In this document: positions 1-12,394 of the stretch, in pieces
Numbering within the stretch: position 1 is the first letter of the stretch
How the letters are laid out: each line of letters opens with the position of its first letter
Source of the DNA: Azolla caroliniana
Lineage: Eukaryota; Plantae; Polypodiophyta
Direction: 5' to 3'
Length of the DNA: 64,000 bases
NCBI GenBank assembly: GCA_043228905.1
Contig: JBHGNT010000003.1
Location: 15,376,001 to 15,440,000 of the forward strand
Program-made: the position numbers and the translations under genes
Notes under the pieces: model-generated
Database searches by the model: none
The model's input: only the letters and a program-made list of their open reading frames with translations
Told to the model about the DNA's origin: nothing

Positions 1-65
1 TCCCAACCGATCCGGTCCTCGGCTTCTTCAGCCAATCCGGCCGATGTTGAGCTTGTCTCTCAACA
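1..65 (-). mobile_element. End of a copia-type LTR inserted into the 3' LTR of copia-A (continues left of window)
   Basis: Reverse complement begins TGTTGAGAGACAAGCTCAAC, like the LTR start at 53342 (TGTTGAGCGGACAAGCTCAAC); similarity to the copia-A LTR starts abruptly at 66. Confidence 0.65.
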
Positions 66-299
66 GCTTATTTCCTAATAAGCATCACATACCATGTTGA
101 GCTTGCTTCTCAACACTCCCCCTCAAGCTCAACTTATCCTTTCTTGGGGTTATCTACCACTACTTTTCCATGATGCTTTTCAGCCATCATATCAGTGTCT
201 ACAACTCCCATCATGTTCCGAAACTGTGTATGCTTTTCCACACTCAATCCCTTTGTTAGAATATCAGCAACCTACTGATTTGTATTCACATACACCAGA

Positions 300-1153
300 T
301 CAACTTCTCCTTCAATCACTTTTTCTCTAACAAAGTGATAATGTACTTCAATGTGCTTTGTTCTTGCATGGAACACTGGGTTTTTTTGCAAGTTGAATGA
401 TGCTCATATTGTCACACCAGATTGTGACAGTACCATCTATATACTCTCCCAAATCTTTCATATATTTCTTTTCAGTTTACTTATTTCATCCATGAAATCA
501 CCTCCAATGATGAGATCATCAACATAAATCAGAATCACAACAATACAATCGTCTTTCCTTTTAACATACAATGATGAATCAGCCTTTGACATTTTGAAGT
601 CAAGTTTTTACAGATAATCTGAAAGTTCCCTGTGCCATGCTCTTGGTGCCTGTTTCAGTCCATAGAGAGCCTTTTTCAGCTTACATACATAATCTGGATG
701 CTTCCTATCTTCAAAGCCTGGTGGTTGACACATATACACTTCTTCTTCCAAGTTACCATGTAAAAAAGCATTTTTTACATCCATATGATGAAGAAACCAT
801 CTTCTGGCTGCACCTACAGCCAGTAATGTCCTCAATGTTGCCATCTTTGCAACCGGTGCAAATGTCTCATCATAATCAATTCCTTGCATTTGGGCATATC
901 CCTTTGCAACCAATCTTGCTTTATGTCTACTTACATTCCCACTGGAATCATGCTTTGTCTTGTAGACCCATTTGCAACCTACCACATTTTTTCCTTTTGG
1001 TAACTTCACCAAATCCCATGTTCTATTTTCAGCCAATGCATCAATCTCTTCTTGCATTGCATCCACCCATTTCTTCTCAGTTTTAGCCTCATCAAAACTA
1101 CTTGGATCAAGGATGTGTACCACCTTAGACATATATGCATAATGCATAGCCAT
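300..1153 (-). pseudogene. copia-A RT and RNase H remnant (stop, frameshift, internal deletion near 470)
   Basis: [34 protein letters not shown] remnant; WCDNMSIIQL..FHARTKHIEVHYHFVRE at ~325-420. Confidence 0.88.
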
Positions 1154-1175
1154 ATATGTATCATAACCAAATCTT

Positions 1176-2723
1176 TCAACAGTTTTTTTTTTCTCTATCT
1201 GATCTTCTCAGTTTCTGATTTGCATCCTTCAATGCTTTTTCCATACCAAGGATTTTCAATCCTCTTATATCAAGAAGATCATCCAATGACATATCTGAAT
1301 CCTCATCTTCCATGTTTTTAGACAGGTCATCCAACATTTCATACTCTAGCATTTTCTGTTTTCCTTTTTTATCATCACATTTTTTGTGTCCTCCACTTTT
1401 TCCACTCCAAGAATTCGAATCAGATTTACCATCTGAACTTTTTGATGGTCCAGAACATTCTATTAATGTTGGACTTTGTTGTCCAACCTTGCTTCCATCT
1501 CTGTGGCAGTCTTCTACATTTTCAGATTTGTCTCTGTCTTCAATCTCATTGTCTTCATCAGTCTCTGGATTCTGTTTTGGATTGTACCAGCTGGCTAACT
1601 CATCAAAGATTACATCCCTACTTGTCACAATCTTCTTTGTTACAGGGTTATAGCATCTATACCCTTTTTGTTCTTTTGAATAGCCAAAAAAAATACATTT
1701 TTCTGCTTTTGGATCCAACTTACTTCTTACTTCTGCAGGCACATGTACATATGCAAGGCATCCAAACACTTTTAAGTGTTCTAAACTAGGTTTCCTTCCA
1801 TAGAAACACTCTTCAGGAGTTGCTTCATGTACTCCCGATGTTATACATCTATTTAGAATATAATTTGCTGTATTTACAGCTTTTGCCCAATAGTACAATG
1901 GCCTATTCTTCTCTGTCATCAAAGCCCTTGCAATGTTCACCAATGTTCTGTTTTTCCTCTCAGCAACTCCATTTTGTTGTGGAGTATATCTACATGTGAA
2001 TTGTCTTCTTATTCCTTGATTGCATAGAAAATCAGAAAATTCATTGGAGAAATACTCTCCTCCTCCATCAGATCTTAAACATTTTATTCTTGTACCTACC
2101 TGCTTTTCTACCATGCATTTAAACTTACGAAAATATTCAAACACTTCACTTTTCTCTTTCATGAAGTACACCCATGTTTTCCTTGAGAAATCATCAATAA
2201 AAGTTACATAGAATTTGCAGCCACCGATAGATGCATTCTTAGTTGGTCCCCATACATCCGTATGTACCAAATCCAACAAATTTTTACTTACATGTCTTTC
2301 ATGAGGGAATGGCAACCTATTTTTCTTTCCATATTGACATGCTTCACATATCTTTCCCATTTCACAATTTTTCAGTTTTGGCAGTCCAGCCACTGCATCT
2401 TTTCTCAACATATTCTTTAGGGTTTGCATACTTATGTGGCCAATCCTTTTATGCCACATTTCCACATCTGAGACTACACTCATTCCATTTGCAAACATAG
2501 CTGAAATCTTTCTAGGCATGTCAACATCCAAAATAAACATTCTTCCTTGTCGTTTTCCTTTTGCAATGAGCTTCCCATTCTTTTCTATATAGCATCCACT
2601 TTGCTTAAACTTTACTTGCATACCTTGCTCTACTATCTGTCCAACAGAAATCAAATTCTTAGCAAGATTTGGAACATGCATTACATTCAACATATACTTA
2701 GTCTTTCCTTTTTCTTCCCACAA
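1176..2723 (-). pseudogene. copia-A GAG-pre-integrase and integrase
   Basis: WHKRIGH..CEAC, HTDVWGP, RSDGGGEY, PQQNGVAER, SKLDPKA. Confidence 0.92.
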
Positions 2724-2747
2724 TGGGATATCTCCAACATGTTCTAT

Positions 2748-3893
2748 TTAGTGAGTACTATTATCACCCATCTGTACATAGCCAGGAATCTCTGGTTCTC
2801 TCAACCTTTCAAACCAGTTTGCATGTCCAGTCATATGGTTAGATGCCCCCGAGTCTACATACCATGTAAACTCTTCATTACATTTCTGTGAGCTTTCAGC
2901 CACTGTTGCTATCTCATGTTGTACCACAAATGCACCATCTTTTTCACAATCTTCACTAGTTTGGGCATAGTTATTCTGTTGTCTCTTTCCTCTTTGCTCA
3001 TCATTTTGCTTCTTGTAACATTCAGCCTGTGTGTGGCCTGGTTTTCCACAATACCAACAACCATCATCATTTACATATGTTTGCTTACCTCTACCTTGGT
3101 TGCTCCCCCTGCCTCTATTGTTGTTTCTTCCTCTATTGTTGTTTCTTCCTCTAATGGTTTGTTGTCCTCTTCCTTGATAACCATTATTGTTGGTTCTTGC
3201 TGAGCCAAATCTTCCATGGCCTCTTCCAGCACTATTATATAGGGCTTGCCCCTCATTCTCAAGATTTCCTTTATTTACATCATCCATCTGATTCCTTTCT
3301 TCTACTACAAGCATTGAAACCAAATCTGGAAAACTTGGGATACTATCCCTTGTAAGCATAGAGGTTTTAAAGCTTTTGTATTGAGGTCCTAAGCCTCTCA
3401 AGCATATTTCTACCTTATCATCATCTTCTATCTTTACATTGATAGAAGCAAGTGATTCACATATGCTCTTTATTTTCAAAGCATACTCATTTATTGACAT
3501 CTTACCTTTTTCTAAGGTATTTAGCTCAGTCTTCAACTGTAGCTTTCTAGATTTTGTGTTTACTGCAAACAATTTTACCAAACTGTCCCAAGCTTCTTTT
3601 GGGAGCATAGCATCTTGTATGTGCCCAAGCATCGAATCTGAGATGCTAAGTGAGAGCCAATGCATTACCTTCCTTGCCCCTTGATTCCAATCTTTGAATG
3701 CTTTAATCTGTGCTGCTGTGGCATTTTCTTCTGGGATCTCCGGAGCCTCATCTAGGTCTCCTTCAATGTAATCCCAGTATCCTTTCCCCATCAGGAAATT
3801 TGTCATTCTAAATTTCCACGCCGGGAAATTGTTTTTATCTAGTTTCTCTATAACTATTTGGCCCGCATTCTCTACAGCCATTATCTCTTCCAA
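2748..3893 (-). pseudogene. copia-A Gag, CCHC zinc knuckle and protease start
   Basis: CWYCGKPGHTQAEC; WYVDSGASNHM; in-frame stop before the next ORF. Confidence 0.9.
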
Positions 3894-5041
3894 ACTAGGG
3901 TTTCTGTTACAATTACTTCAACAAGTAACTTTCTGATTCAGATCAGCAACCAGAGAAATACCTTTCTCAGTTCTATGCACTTCTGTACTCTTCTTTATGA
4001 GCAACTTGCTCTGATACCATGTTAAGAAAACGTGAAGAAGGCACTCGAGCTCTTCTTATGTGCGCGGCGGATCGTGGTGTGCTGGATCGTTTGGTGCTCA
4101 AACACAAAAGGGAAGGGGGAAGGAGACTTACCTCTGTAGCAGCCAAAAACTTCTTCTATTTCATTACGTCTGTTTCTCTCTTCTACTCTCACTCTCTCTC
4201 TCAGAGTTCTACTTCCTGTGTCTTTCTTACTTACTTACTCTCTTACTTTTTACCTAAGTAATAAGTTACTTACATATGCAGCTAATTAGCTGCCTGTAGC
4301 TAATTAGCTGTCAATCGCTAAATAGTTGTCAGTAGCTAATTAGTTGTCAGTCGCTAAATAGCTGTCAGTAGCTAATTAGTTGTTTCTCCTTTATGTTCAC
4401 AAGTAGCTAAATAGCTACTATAGCTTATTTCCTAATAATCATCACATACCATGTTGAGCTTGCTTCTCAACACATAAGACAAGAAGTGTATCCCCATGGC
4501 GGTTGTGCAGGAGATCATGCAAGCCATGGCACGAACGACCTTCCGTCTTTCCCTCTCGGCCCTCCTCCTCTTCCTCTCCTCCCCACCCCACCCCTCCCCT
4601 GCAGACAATTTCAAACATACCCTCTCACTTCCCATATGTGTTTACCCCTAATCACGCCCCTCCCCCCCCCTCCTTACTTCCTACAAATTTGATGCATGCC
4701 CCCCCTTTATTTTCTATAAACCCCCCTCATACCCCTCCCCCATTTTTTAACCATACCCCTATGCATTTCCCCCCTAATAACCCCCACAACGTTTCCCTAT
4801 TTCCAAACTATACCCCTCCCCCTTTTCATGCATTTCCTACACATACCCCCCCCCCCTTCTTTACACATAACTCCCCTTCTACTTCTAGTAGATTTCAATA
4901 TTCTACCGCACCCTCTAAATTTCCCCCACACGTATATGAAATCCCTCATAGAAAACAACCTATCCGTACTCACAATAATCGCCCCCTTCCCACGAAACTA
5001 CAAACTTTCCCATGTAATAATGTTAGGACAAAAAACGTGTA

Positions 5042-7009
5042 GCTAGGCGTGCCAAACGGGATAGTAAACAGTTTCGGCACGCCATACATCCCGCAAAACG
5101 TCTCTTTTACCTTCTCGATAGGCCTACTTCTACTTTAGATACTTTCATGTGGTTAGGACATCATACATCTAATTTTACCTTCTCCCCATATGTGAAAAAG
5201 ACCCATAGTAGGAAACCCCGTAATAAATTTTGGACACCTCTCCTTAATAAACCTAGAATTAGTAGGATCCACAACCACTCTAATTATTCCCTCTCTAAAC
5301 ATGAGACACAACTCCTTAGCCTAGGTTTGAAACACATCCTCCCATCTTCTCCACCATCATCCCCTACCCTACTTAAAGAATTTGATAGCCTAAGTAGGAC
5401 CCTTCGACTTAAACATTTTTTTAAAGATGTGGATAATTTGCCCCAAAATCCCTTTAAGCTACCTAACCCTAGTTGGCAACCTCCTACTAAGTACACTCCC
5501 CTAGAAAACATTATATCTAAACACCAAACTATCTTTAGGGACACACTTCATACACTCAAATTAAAACCCACTAGGATTGCACCTCACTTATCACTAGCCT
5601 TACAATCTCTTAAGAAAAACAACAAAATCATAATCCTACCTGCTGACAAGAAAGTTGGAGTCTGTGTTCTTGATAAGGACATGTACTATAACAAAGCTAT
5701 AGAACACCTTTCGGATACTAATACATATAAAAAAGTCTCCCACTATCCACTTGAGGAATTATCCTATAGATTGAAATGCATTGTTAATAACCATCTTGTT
5801 ACCCTATCCAACATAGAAGCCAACTACATACTACATAAACCCTCAAAAGGGTACCAAGTATGCAATATCTATTTCCTCCCAAAACTCCATAAAAACCCAA
5901 TAGGTTTTAGACCTATTTGCTCATAAAATAACTCCGTTTTTGAACAAACATCAAAATGGCTTCACCACCAACTCATGCCTATCCTTCTCCTTCAGAAGCA
6001 ATATTTGAAAGACTCACATTCCCTTGTCCAGACTTTAGAACATCTCAACCCACCCCCTAATAGCTTTATCTTCACCTTTGATGTTGAATCTCTATATCCC
6101 AGCATACCCCCTAGGTTAGGACTCCAAGCTTTACGAAAAATGATTACCCCACATTTTTCATCTTCTAAAACTAACCTTATCTATACACTTAGCGCACTCA
6201 CGTTAGAATATCACTTTCTATCCTTTGATGACATGATCTATCAACAAGTCAAGGGTACAGCCATGGGTAGTAATTTTTCTATAGTTTATGCATGCCTATT
6301 CTTAGCTCACTTAGAGAACTCCCAACCATCACACCCTAATCTTTTTTATTTCACTAGATATATTGATGATGCATTCGGGATATGGACAGGTACTAAACCC
6401 GAATTAGAAAATTACCTCCAGTTCTATAACACCTCCACTAATAATTGCATCAAAATTACCATTACCACTTCTCCCTTTAGATTACCGTTCTTAGATTTAT
6501 GGATTAACCTAAAGAATTCACATTTCTCCTTTAATTGCTACCAAAAGCCCCAAAATGCCTACCAGTATCTCTCATTCTCGTCAGTTCACCCCCTTCACTT
6601 AAAACGTCATTTTATTATTAATGAACTAAAACAATACCTAATTAGAGAAAGTACCCCCTTAGGTTTCCTTCGAATGAAAAAACTATTTTTTAGTAGATTA
6701 GTTAAGAGAGGATATCCCCTTTCTTTTATATTAGAGAATTATAAAAAGGTCCCATTTAGCGCTAGGAAATCACTAGTATTTAGTAGAAAACCTCAAAGTA
6801 CCCTTATACCTGTCATCTTCAAAGTTAGGTATATGAAAGATACCCCTAGATTAGGAATTCACGACATGCTAGAAAACCTCCACGCAGATTTAGCCACACA
6901 TCCCCAACTATCCGAACTACCGCGACCCTTCATATGTTGGACTAAGTCTAAGTCCATTCATTCCCTTCTCGTCAAAACTAAATATAAATCCATAAATACT
7001 CCCACTTAA
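5042..7009 (+). pseudogene. Penelope-like element (PLE) reverse transcriptase; single frame with one premature TAA (5924-5926); no recognisable GIY-YIG
   Basis: ORFs 5147-5926 and 5975-7009 are in frame. PLE/TERT-type motifs: LLSLGLK, PADK, YFLPKLHK, RPI, DVESLYPSIP, GTAMGS, RYIDD, FLDL, YQKP, YLSFSSVHP, RGYP. Confidence 0.88.
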
Positions 7010-7189
7010 TACTATATGCCTTTTATATCCCACCCCTATAATCCCCCTATTCTTAGAGCCCACACCCACACCCACCCCCACCTATCACTTATCATATACA
7101 TACATATAACCCCCGTCTAACCCACTTTCACTAATCAATCCTTTGCCTATCACAATTCCCCGTTTCCCTCTCTCCCATCATTAAACTCC

Positions 7190-7192
<3 letters not shown>

Positions 7193-7241
<49 letters not shown>
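7193..7241. repeat. (CT)n microsatellite, followed by a TATA-like CTATATAAA in the PLE 3' region
   Basis: Direct reading. Confidence 0.9.
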
Positions 7242-7244
<3 letters not shown>

Positions 7245-7275
7245 CCCTATATAAACCTACCCTCTTGTTGTAAAT

Positions 7276-7328
7276 GACCTTGGCACTGATGAGCTCTTCT
7301 GATGAGCGAAACTAGTTTGCACAAGGTC
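7276..7328 (+). ncRNA. Minimal type I hammerhead ribozyme
   Basis: Stem I GACCTTGGCA / TGC-A-CAAGGTC; core CTGATGA 7286-7292; stem II GCTC/GAGC; GAAA 7308-7311; palindromic stem III ACTAGT; predicted cleavage after GUU at 7317. Confidence 0.88.
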
Positions 7329-7535
7329 TTTCTAATGAAAATTTCTTAAGCTTTTCTTTTTTCTCACTCACTCTTCTCTTCTTCTTTCATCTCATTCTCT
7401 CATTCTCTTTTACTCTTGTTCACCTCTAATCCTACTCACCTTAGTTTCACTTGCATCATTGCTTTATTTCTTTTCTTACTCTTCCCATATCATCTCAATA
7501 GTTGTGTTAGTTCGCTCGCACTCCTTGTCACGACA

Positions 7536-7874
7536 CTACGGTGACAACAATGAGTGTTAGTATCTAGCGCATACCGGTGGATGTGCGGTTTGGTGGGGGT
7601 GGATGTCGTGAAGAAAACCGGCCCTAAGAGGAATCAAGGAATTAAAGGCTACGGTGACAACAATGAGTGTTAGTATCTAGCGCATACCGGTGGATGTGCG
7701 GTTTGGTGGGGGTGGATGTCGTGAAGAAAACCGGCCCTAAGAGGAATCAAGGAATTAAAGGCTACGGTGACAACAATGAGTGTTAGTATCTAGCGCATAC
7801 CGGTGGATGTGCGGTTTGGTGGGGGTGGATGTCGTGAAGAAAACCGGCCCTAAGAGGAATCAAGGAATTAAAGG
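7536..7874 (+). repeat. 3 x 113-bp identical tandem repeat spanning a gypsy PPT/LTR junction
   Basis: Units start at 7536, 7649 and 7762; each contains GGTGGGGGTGGA|TGTCGTGAAGAAAACC. Confidence 0.95.
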
Positions 7875-8446
7875 CGTGAACCCACCCTTGCACGAGTGTG
7901 CGCGAATTGATACATTGTACATAACTAGGAATAGGACGGCTGATGTAAATATACTAGGTATGACATGTTTATTAGCTAGGAAATCGATGTGTATCTCTGT
8001 CCGAAGGGACAGAGAATAAAGTTGATATGTTTTGATAAAACGACCTCCTCGGCGACCTATAAAGGGAGGGAAGAAGAAGAAGAAGAGATCGCGCGTTTTA
8101 GAGAGGACGAAGTGTTGTCGGATTGGGAACTGAGCTCTCTCCTCCACCACAGTTGTTGCAAGGATTTTGGGTTGGGCGGGCTGCCTCTGCTGCATGAAAG
8201 CCGTGTGCTTCCAGTAGAGGCTCCACCACGTATTTCAGTGCGTGTTGAGTCTGTGTAGGGTCTGTCACCAACTTGCCGGTTGTAACATTGCAAGTTGTAA
8301 CCTATATTGTTATTGGAATTGTTGGTCTCATTTCTGTCTCTCTGTGTTTTTCCGTGACTCTCCCTCCCTCTCGTCTCTCATGCTCCTCGGTTTAGGGCCC
8401 CCATGGTCCCGCCTTACTTCATACGCGTAAGCGAAACAACACGACA
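7830..8446 (+). mobile_element. Gypsy 3' LTR (Trp-primed lineage type)
   Basis: TGTCGTGAAG...ACGACA termini like gypsy-A and gypsy-B; preceded by a PPT; TATA at ~8058. Confidence 0.75.
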
Positions 8447-9232
8447 ACGGGACCCTCGTACAAGGCACGCCTCTTCCAGAACGGCTGCCTCCTGTGCCAA
8501 GCCGCCTTCAGGGAGCGCACGGGCTCGCTGAACCAAGTGGGATCTTGTGCGCCGAGGGAGACCTACCAGCAAACCACCTAGTGCGCAGGCTCTGCATAAG
8601 CGATAGAAGCCAGCACCTAGACACACCCTCGCAGCCATGCCGGGCAGTGGAGTGTTGAGAGCCAACGAGCAAGAACTCGGGGAAAGCTAAGACAGTCCGC
8701 ACGCCACCTGCCACAACCGAGCACACCACCTCCGCACACACACAGAAGACATTGAAACCCTAATAGGAAACAGAACCAACGCACCCCTACACCAAGACGA
8801 AGAAAAGACAAAGTATATATATATATATAAAGGGGAAATATGCAACCCTAACAAAGCTTTGCCACCATGGCCGCGACACCCCACTTCCCAAGAAGGAGAA
8901 GAAGAAGAAGATTACCAAGAAGTTACTAACCCTAGAAAATTCTTAACCAAACGACCCTCGACCAAAATGGTATACCCTTATGACTCAAGATGGGCAACCC
9001 CTTTTACAAAGGGCGCTCCCTTCCTTTTATAGAACAAGGAGAGGGATGCGTAACAATGTGGGATAAATCCCTTATTACATGGGATCCTCTATCCCGAATT
9101 AACTACTGTCCAGCGCCATGATGGCACCCCTATCATTTACACAATTTGTACAAGGGTGAGCGCAAATGCTCCACCCCGCCGATTACTCTGATATTCCCCG
9201 GTTTCTCACCATGGCCTGGAATCTTCACGACA
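8447..9232 (-). mobile_element. Gypsy LTR, truncated or solo, opposite orientation
   Basis: Ends ATCTTCACGACA like the other LTRs of this lineage; rc TATA (CCTTTTATAG) at ~9023; abuts an interrupted copia RT. Confidence 0.7.
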
Positions 9233-11326
9233 GCGTGACGCTATGGAGGAAGAAATGTAGGCACTTGATGCCAACGACACATGGGACCTAGTTGACCCTC
9301 CCCGACACTGTAAATCGATCGGATGTAAGTGGGTGTACAAGGTAAAGTACAATGTTGACGGTTCGGTTAACCGATACAAGGCCCGGTTAGTGGCGAAGGG
9401 ATACGCGCAGACTCACGGAATCGACTACGACAAGACCTTTGCTCCGGTAGCGAAGATGACGACGGTTCGTGTAATGTTGGCGGTTGTTGCAGCAAGGGGG
9501 TGGCATCTTCACCAGATGCACGTGAAGAATGCATTTCTTCAAGGAGATCTTGAAGAAGAGGTCTTTATGACCCAACCCCCTGGTTTCCAGTCGAAGATGA
9601 ACAAGTCGGTGGTATGCCGGCCGAAGAAGTCACTTTATGTCCTGAAGCAAGCCCCCCAAGCTTGGAATGTGAAGATCACGCACCGGTTGCGTAAGATGGG
9701 GTTTGCGGCCTCCAAGTCCAGTTCTTCGTTGTTCATCCAACAAGGTCTAGAAGGTCTGGTTGGCATCTTGTTGTATGTTGATGATCTAGTCATCACCAGA
9801 CCCGGACTCGATGAAATCAGACAAGTCAAGTCCCAGCTGTCGGACGCATTTGAGATGAAGGACATAGGGGACCTTCACTATTTCCTTGGGATCGAGGTGA
9901 TCCGAACCCTCGACAGCATATTGCTCCCACAAAGACACTATGTATTGAATATGTTGTACAAGTTCGGCATGACGGAATGCCGACCGATCTTCACACCCCT
10001 GAACCGGAACCAGAAGCTTCGTCCCGAGTCCGGACCGGCCTGCGATGAGAAGCGTTTTCGACAAATCGTCGGAAGCCGATCCACCTCCGGCTATATGTTT
10101 TCCCTTGGTAGCGCAGTTGTTACGTGGAGCAGCAAAAAGCATCCAACAATGGCCCTTTCGAGCATTGAGGCTAAATACCGGGGTGCTACCATTGCCACCT
10201 ATGAAGCCATTTGGCTTTGGCGAATGCTACAAGACTTGCGGATCGAGGTGCCGACCCCGATCCTGATCTATTGCCACAACATAAGCAGTATGCAGCTCGC
10301 AAGGAACCCCGTATTCCATGGTCGCACAAAGCACATAGAAGTGCACTACCACTTCGTGCGTGAGCGTGTCCGGAGCGGTGAAGTGGAACTTCGGTATGTT
10401 CATACGAATCGGCAAGTTGTCGACATCTTCACCAAACCGCTCGGGTCGGACAAGTTGCGGTGTCGGGGTTGCTACGCCCTTGCGTGCAGAAAGGAGGAGG
10501 GACCACGGGGGTCTTGGACCGAAGAGCAAGAGAGAGAGACCCGATTACACAGAACCGAAGATTGCACAGGGACACGGCCCAACAAACAGAGATCACAAAT
10601 AAACGCCGACGCAGATGGACGCAACAACGAAAGACATGTACTTATGAATGCAAGAAAATAACAGACTAAAGTATTACAACCCACGGTGGGGCACGAAATA
10701 GATACTAACGAAAACGAACAGGGCGGCGAACAGATGCCGACCCCTGTATGTCGCGACGCACAGAAAGGGAAAACAGGGCGGAGGTGCTGCAGGACGCACT
10801 CGGGGCGTTCCACGGAACAGCGCAAGCCTGTTCGAAACCTGCACGGGTACGCGATGGAGCAGAAGACAGAGAAAGCAGGAGTGAGAGAGAAGCTCCGAAA
10901 TCGGTTCGGCAGCACTTCGTCCTCTCCGCGCGAGATGCCTGCAACAGCTCTTTCCTGCTCCTTATATAGGCCGACGAGCAGGCCGTCATGTCAGCTTTAT
11001 TCCCTGCCCCTTTTGGACAGGGATCCGCTCCGTTTTTCACGCATCCGCGTAGTTACGCCGCCGACTCGTACAGTTCGCGCGCGCGACTGAAAAGACTGTT
11101 CGCGCGGTCTTTGTCCCCACTTGAGTTAGGGCCCGTTCCTGCCGATTATCCTCCTAATTCGCTTCTATGTACAACTTGGAGCGTGCGCGCGTGAAGAACC
11201 GGTTCCCACGCCTTGGTGCGCCGATTCCGCCTATGGACGGTTTTCTTCACGACATCCGCCCCCACCTAACCGCGCATCCACCGGCATGTGCCAAATTAAG
11301 TTGGCACGGAGAAAACCGGCCCGCCT

Positions 11327-12394
11327 TTACTCTTCGCCTGCCGGCCCTTCCTCGGCCTCGGATCCGTCGTCGCTGCTGTCCAGGAGAATCGGGTCGGGTT
11401 CGTCGGCGTGCCGCTTCTTGAAAGCTTTGATCCTCTTCCCGGCCACGGGTATCGCTATTCTCGTACCGTCGAGTTCCGCCAGATGATACGTCCCGTTGTC
11501 GTTGGCGCTCTGTACCGTGTACGGCCCGAACCATCTCCGCGCGAACTTCCGCGTTGCTCGGTGCTGGTTGTCGAGGCTGCTGTCGTAGACGAGCACCCAG
11601 TCACCTTGTTCGATCTTCTTCGGTCGGAGTCGGTGCGTTCGGTCGAACCTGGCTTTGTTCTTTATCCTCACCACTCGGAGCCTCTCCGCAGCCAGTTCCA
11701 CGTCCTCCGGTCTCCGCTCGAGCTGTCGTATACGCGCGGCCAACAACTCCTCCCGGCTCATCTCGTCCCTCCAGTCGACCGTTGCCCACGAGGAGATTGT
11801 TCGTTCCATCGGCATGATCGGCTTTTGGCCGAACATGAGCTCCGTCGGCATGTACCCGGTTACCGAACTGTGCGTGGTCCGGTCTGCCCACAAAGCATAA
11901 GGTAGCAGCCGTGGCCAGTTACCGACTTGGCCTCCGCATGCCCGAACCAACGCCTTGACGATCGGTCCGTGTCCGCGCTCCACCTTCCCATTCGCCTCCG
12001 GATTGTACGCAGTGGTGAGCGAGAGTTTGACCCCCAGCCGATCGAACAGCTCCGCGGCTTCCTCGGCGTCCAACTCCCCTCGGTCAGCCACGATCGTCCC
12101 GACGCACCCGTACCGGCATATCACGTCCTCGATCAGGAACCGACACACGGCCGCGGTCGTCTTGTTCTGAAGGGCTCGGCCTTCCACCTGGTTCGTCAGG
12201 TCTTCCCGCGCTAGGACCAGATACCGCATCTGTCCTACCCCCATCGGCATCGTCACCAGATCTACCATCCATTTGAAGTGGATAGTCGGAGGGTACGTAG
12301 GGCGAAGCCCGTCCCGGTGTCGGACTATCGAGTGCATCTGACAACTCTCGCAAGTTGACACGAACCGATGCACGTCCCGGTACAATCCCGGCCA
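11327..12394 (-). CDS. gypsy-A integrase, separated from RT-RH by one in-frame TAG; no chromodomain
   Basis: H..GH..CESC, ADRGE, YNPEANGKVER, RWFGPY. Confidence 0.88.
   Translation of the reverse strand, partial: WPGLYRDVHRFVSTCESCQMHSIVRHRDGLRPTYPPTIHFKWMVDLVTMPMGVGQMRYLVLAREDLTNQVEGRALQNKTTAAVCRFLIEDVICRYGCVGTIVADRGELDAEEAAELFDRLGVKLSLTTAYNPEANGKVERGHGPIVKALVRACGGQVGNWPRLLPYALWADRTTHSSVTGYMPTELMFGQKPIMPMERTISSWATVDWRDEMSREELLAARIRQLERRPEDVELAAERLRVVRIKNKARFDRTHRLRPKKIEQGDWVLVYDSSLDNQHRATRKFARRWFGPYTVQSANDNGTYHLAELDGTRIAIPVAGKRIKAFKKRHADEPDPILLDSSDDGSEAEEGPAGEE

Larger units (their letters stand above)
66..4472 (-). mobile_element. Ty1/copia LTR retrotransposon (copia-A), degenerate
   Basis: 5' LTR 4020-4472 (TG...CA); PBS TGGTATCAGAG (tRNA-iMet) ~4009-4019; PPT rc CTCCCCCTCAAG at 116-127; 66-115 matches the LTR end ~4423-4472; gag-PR-IN-RT-RH order. 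Confidence 0.95.

Noticed and set aside
4930-5040. VYEIP..PC motif as an N-terminal GIY-YIG of the PLE
   Set aside because: No YIG/YVG motif or catalytic R/E pattern; different frame; low-complexity context
7536-7874. 113-bp repeats as a CRISPR array
   Set aside because: Fully identical head-to-tail units derived from an LTR junction; no cas genes; eukaryotic context
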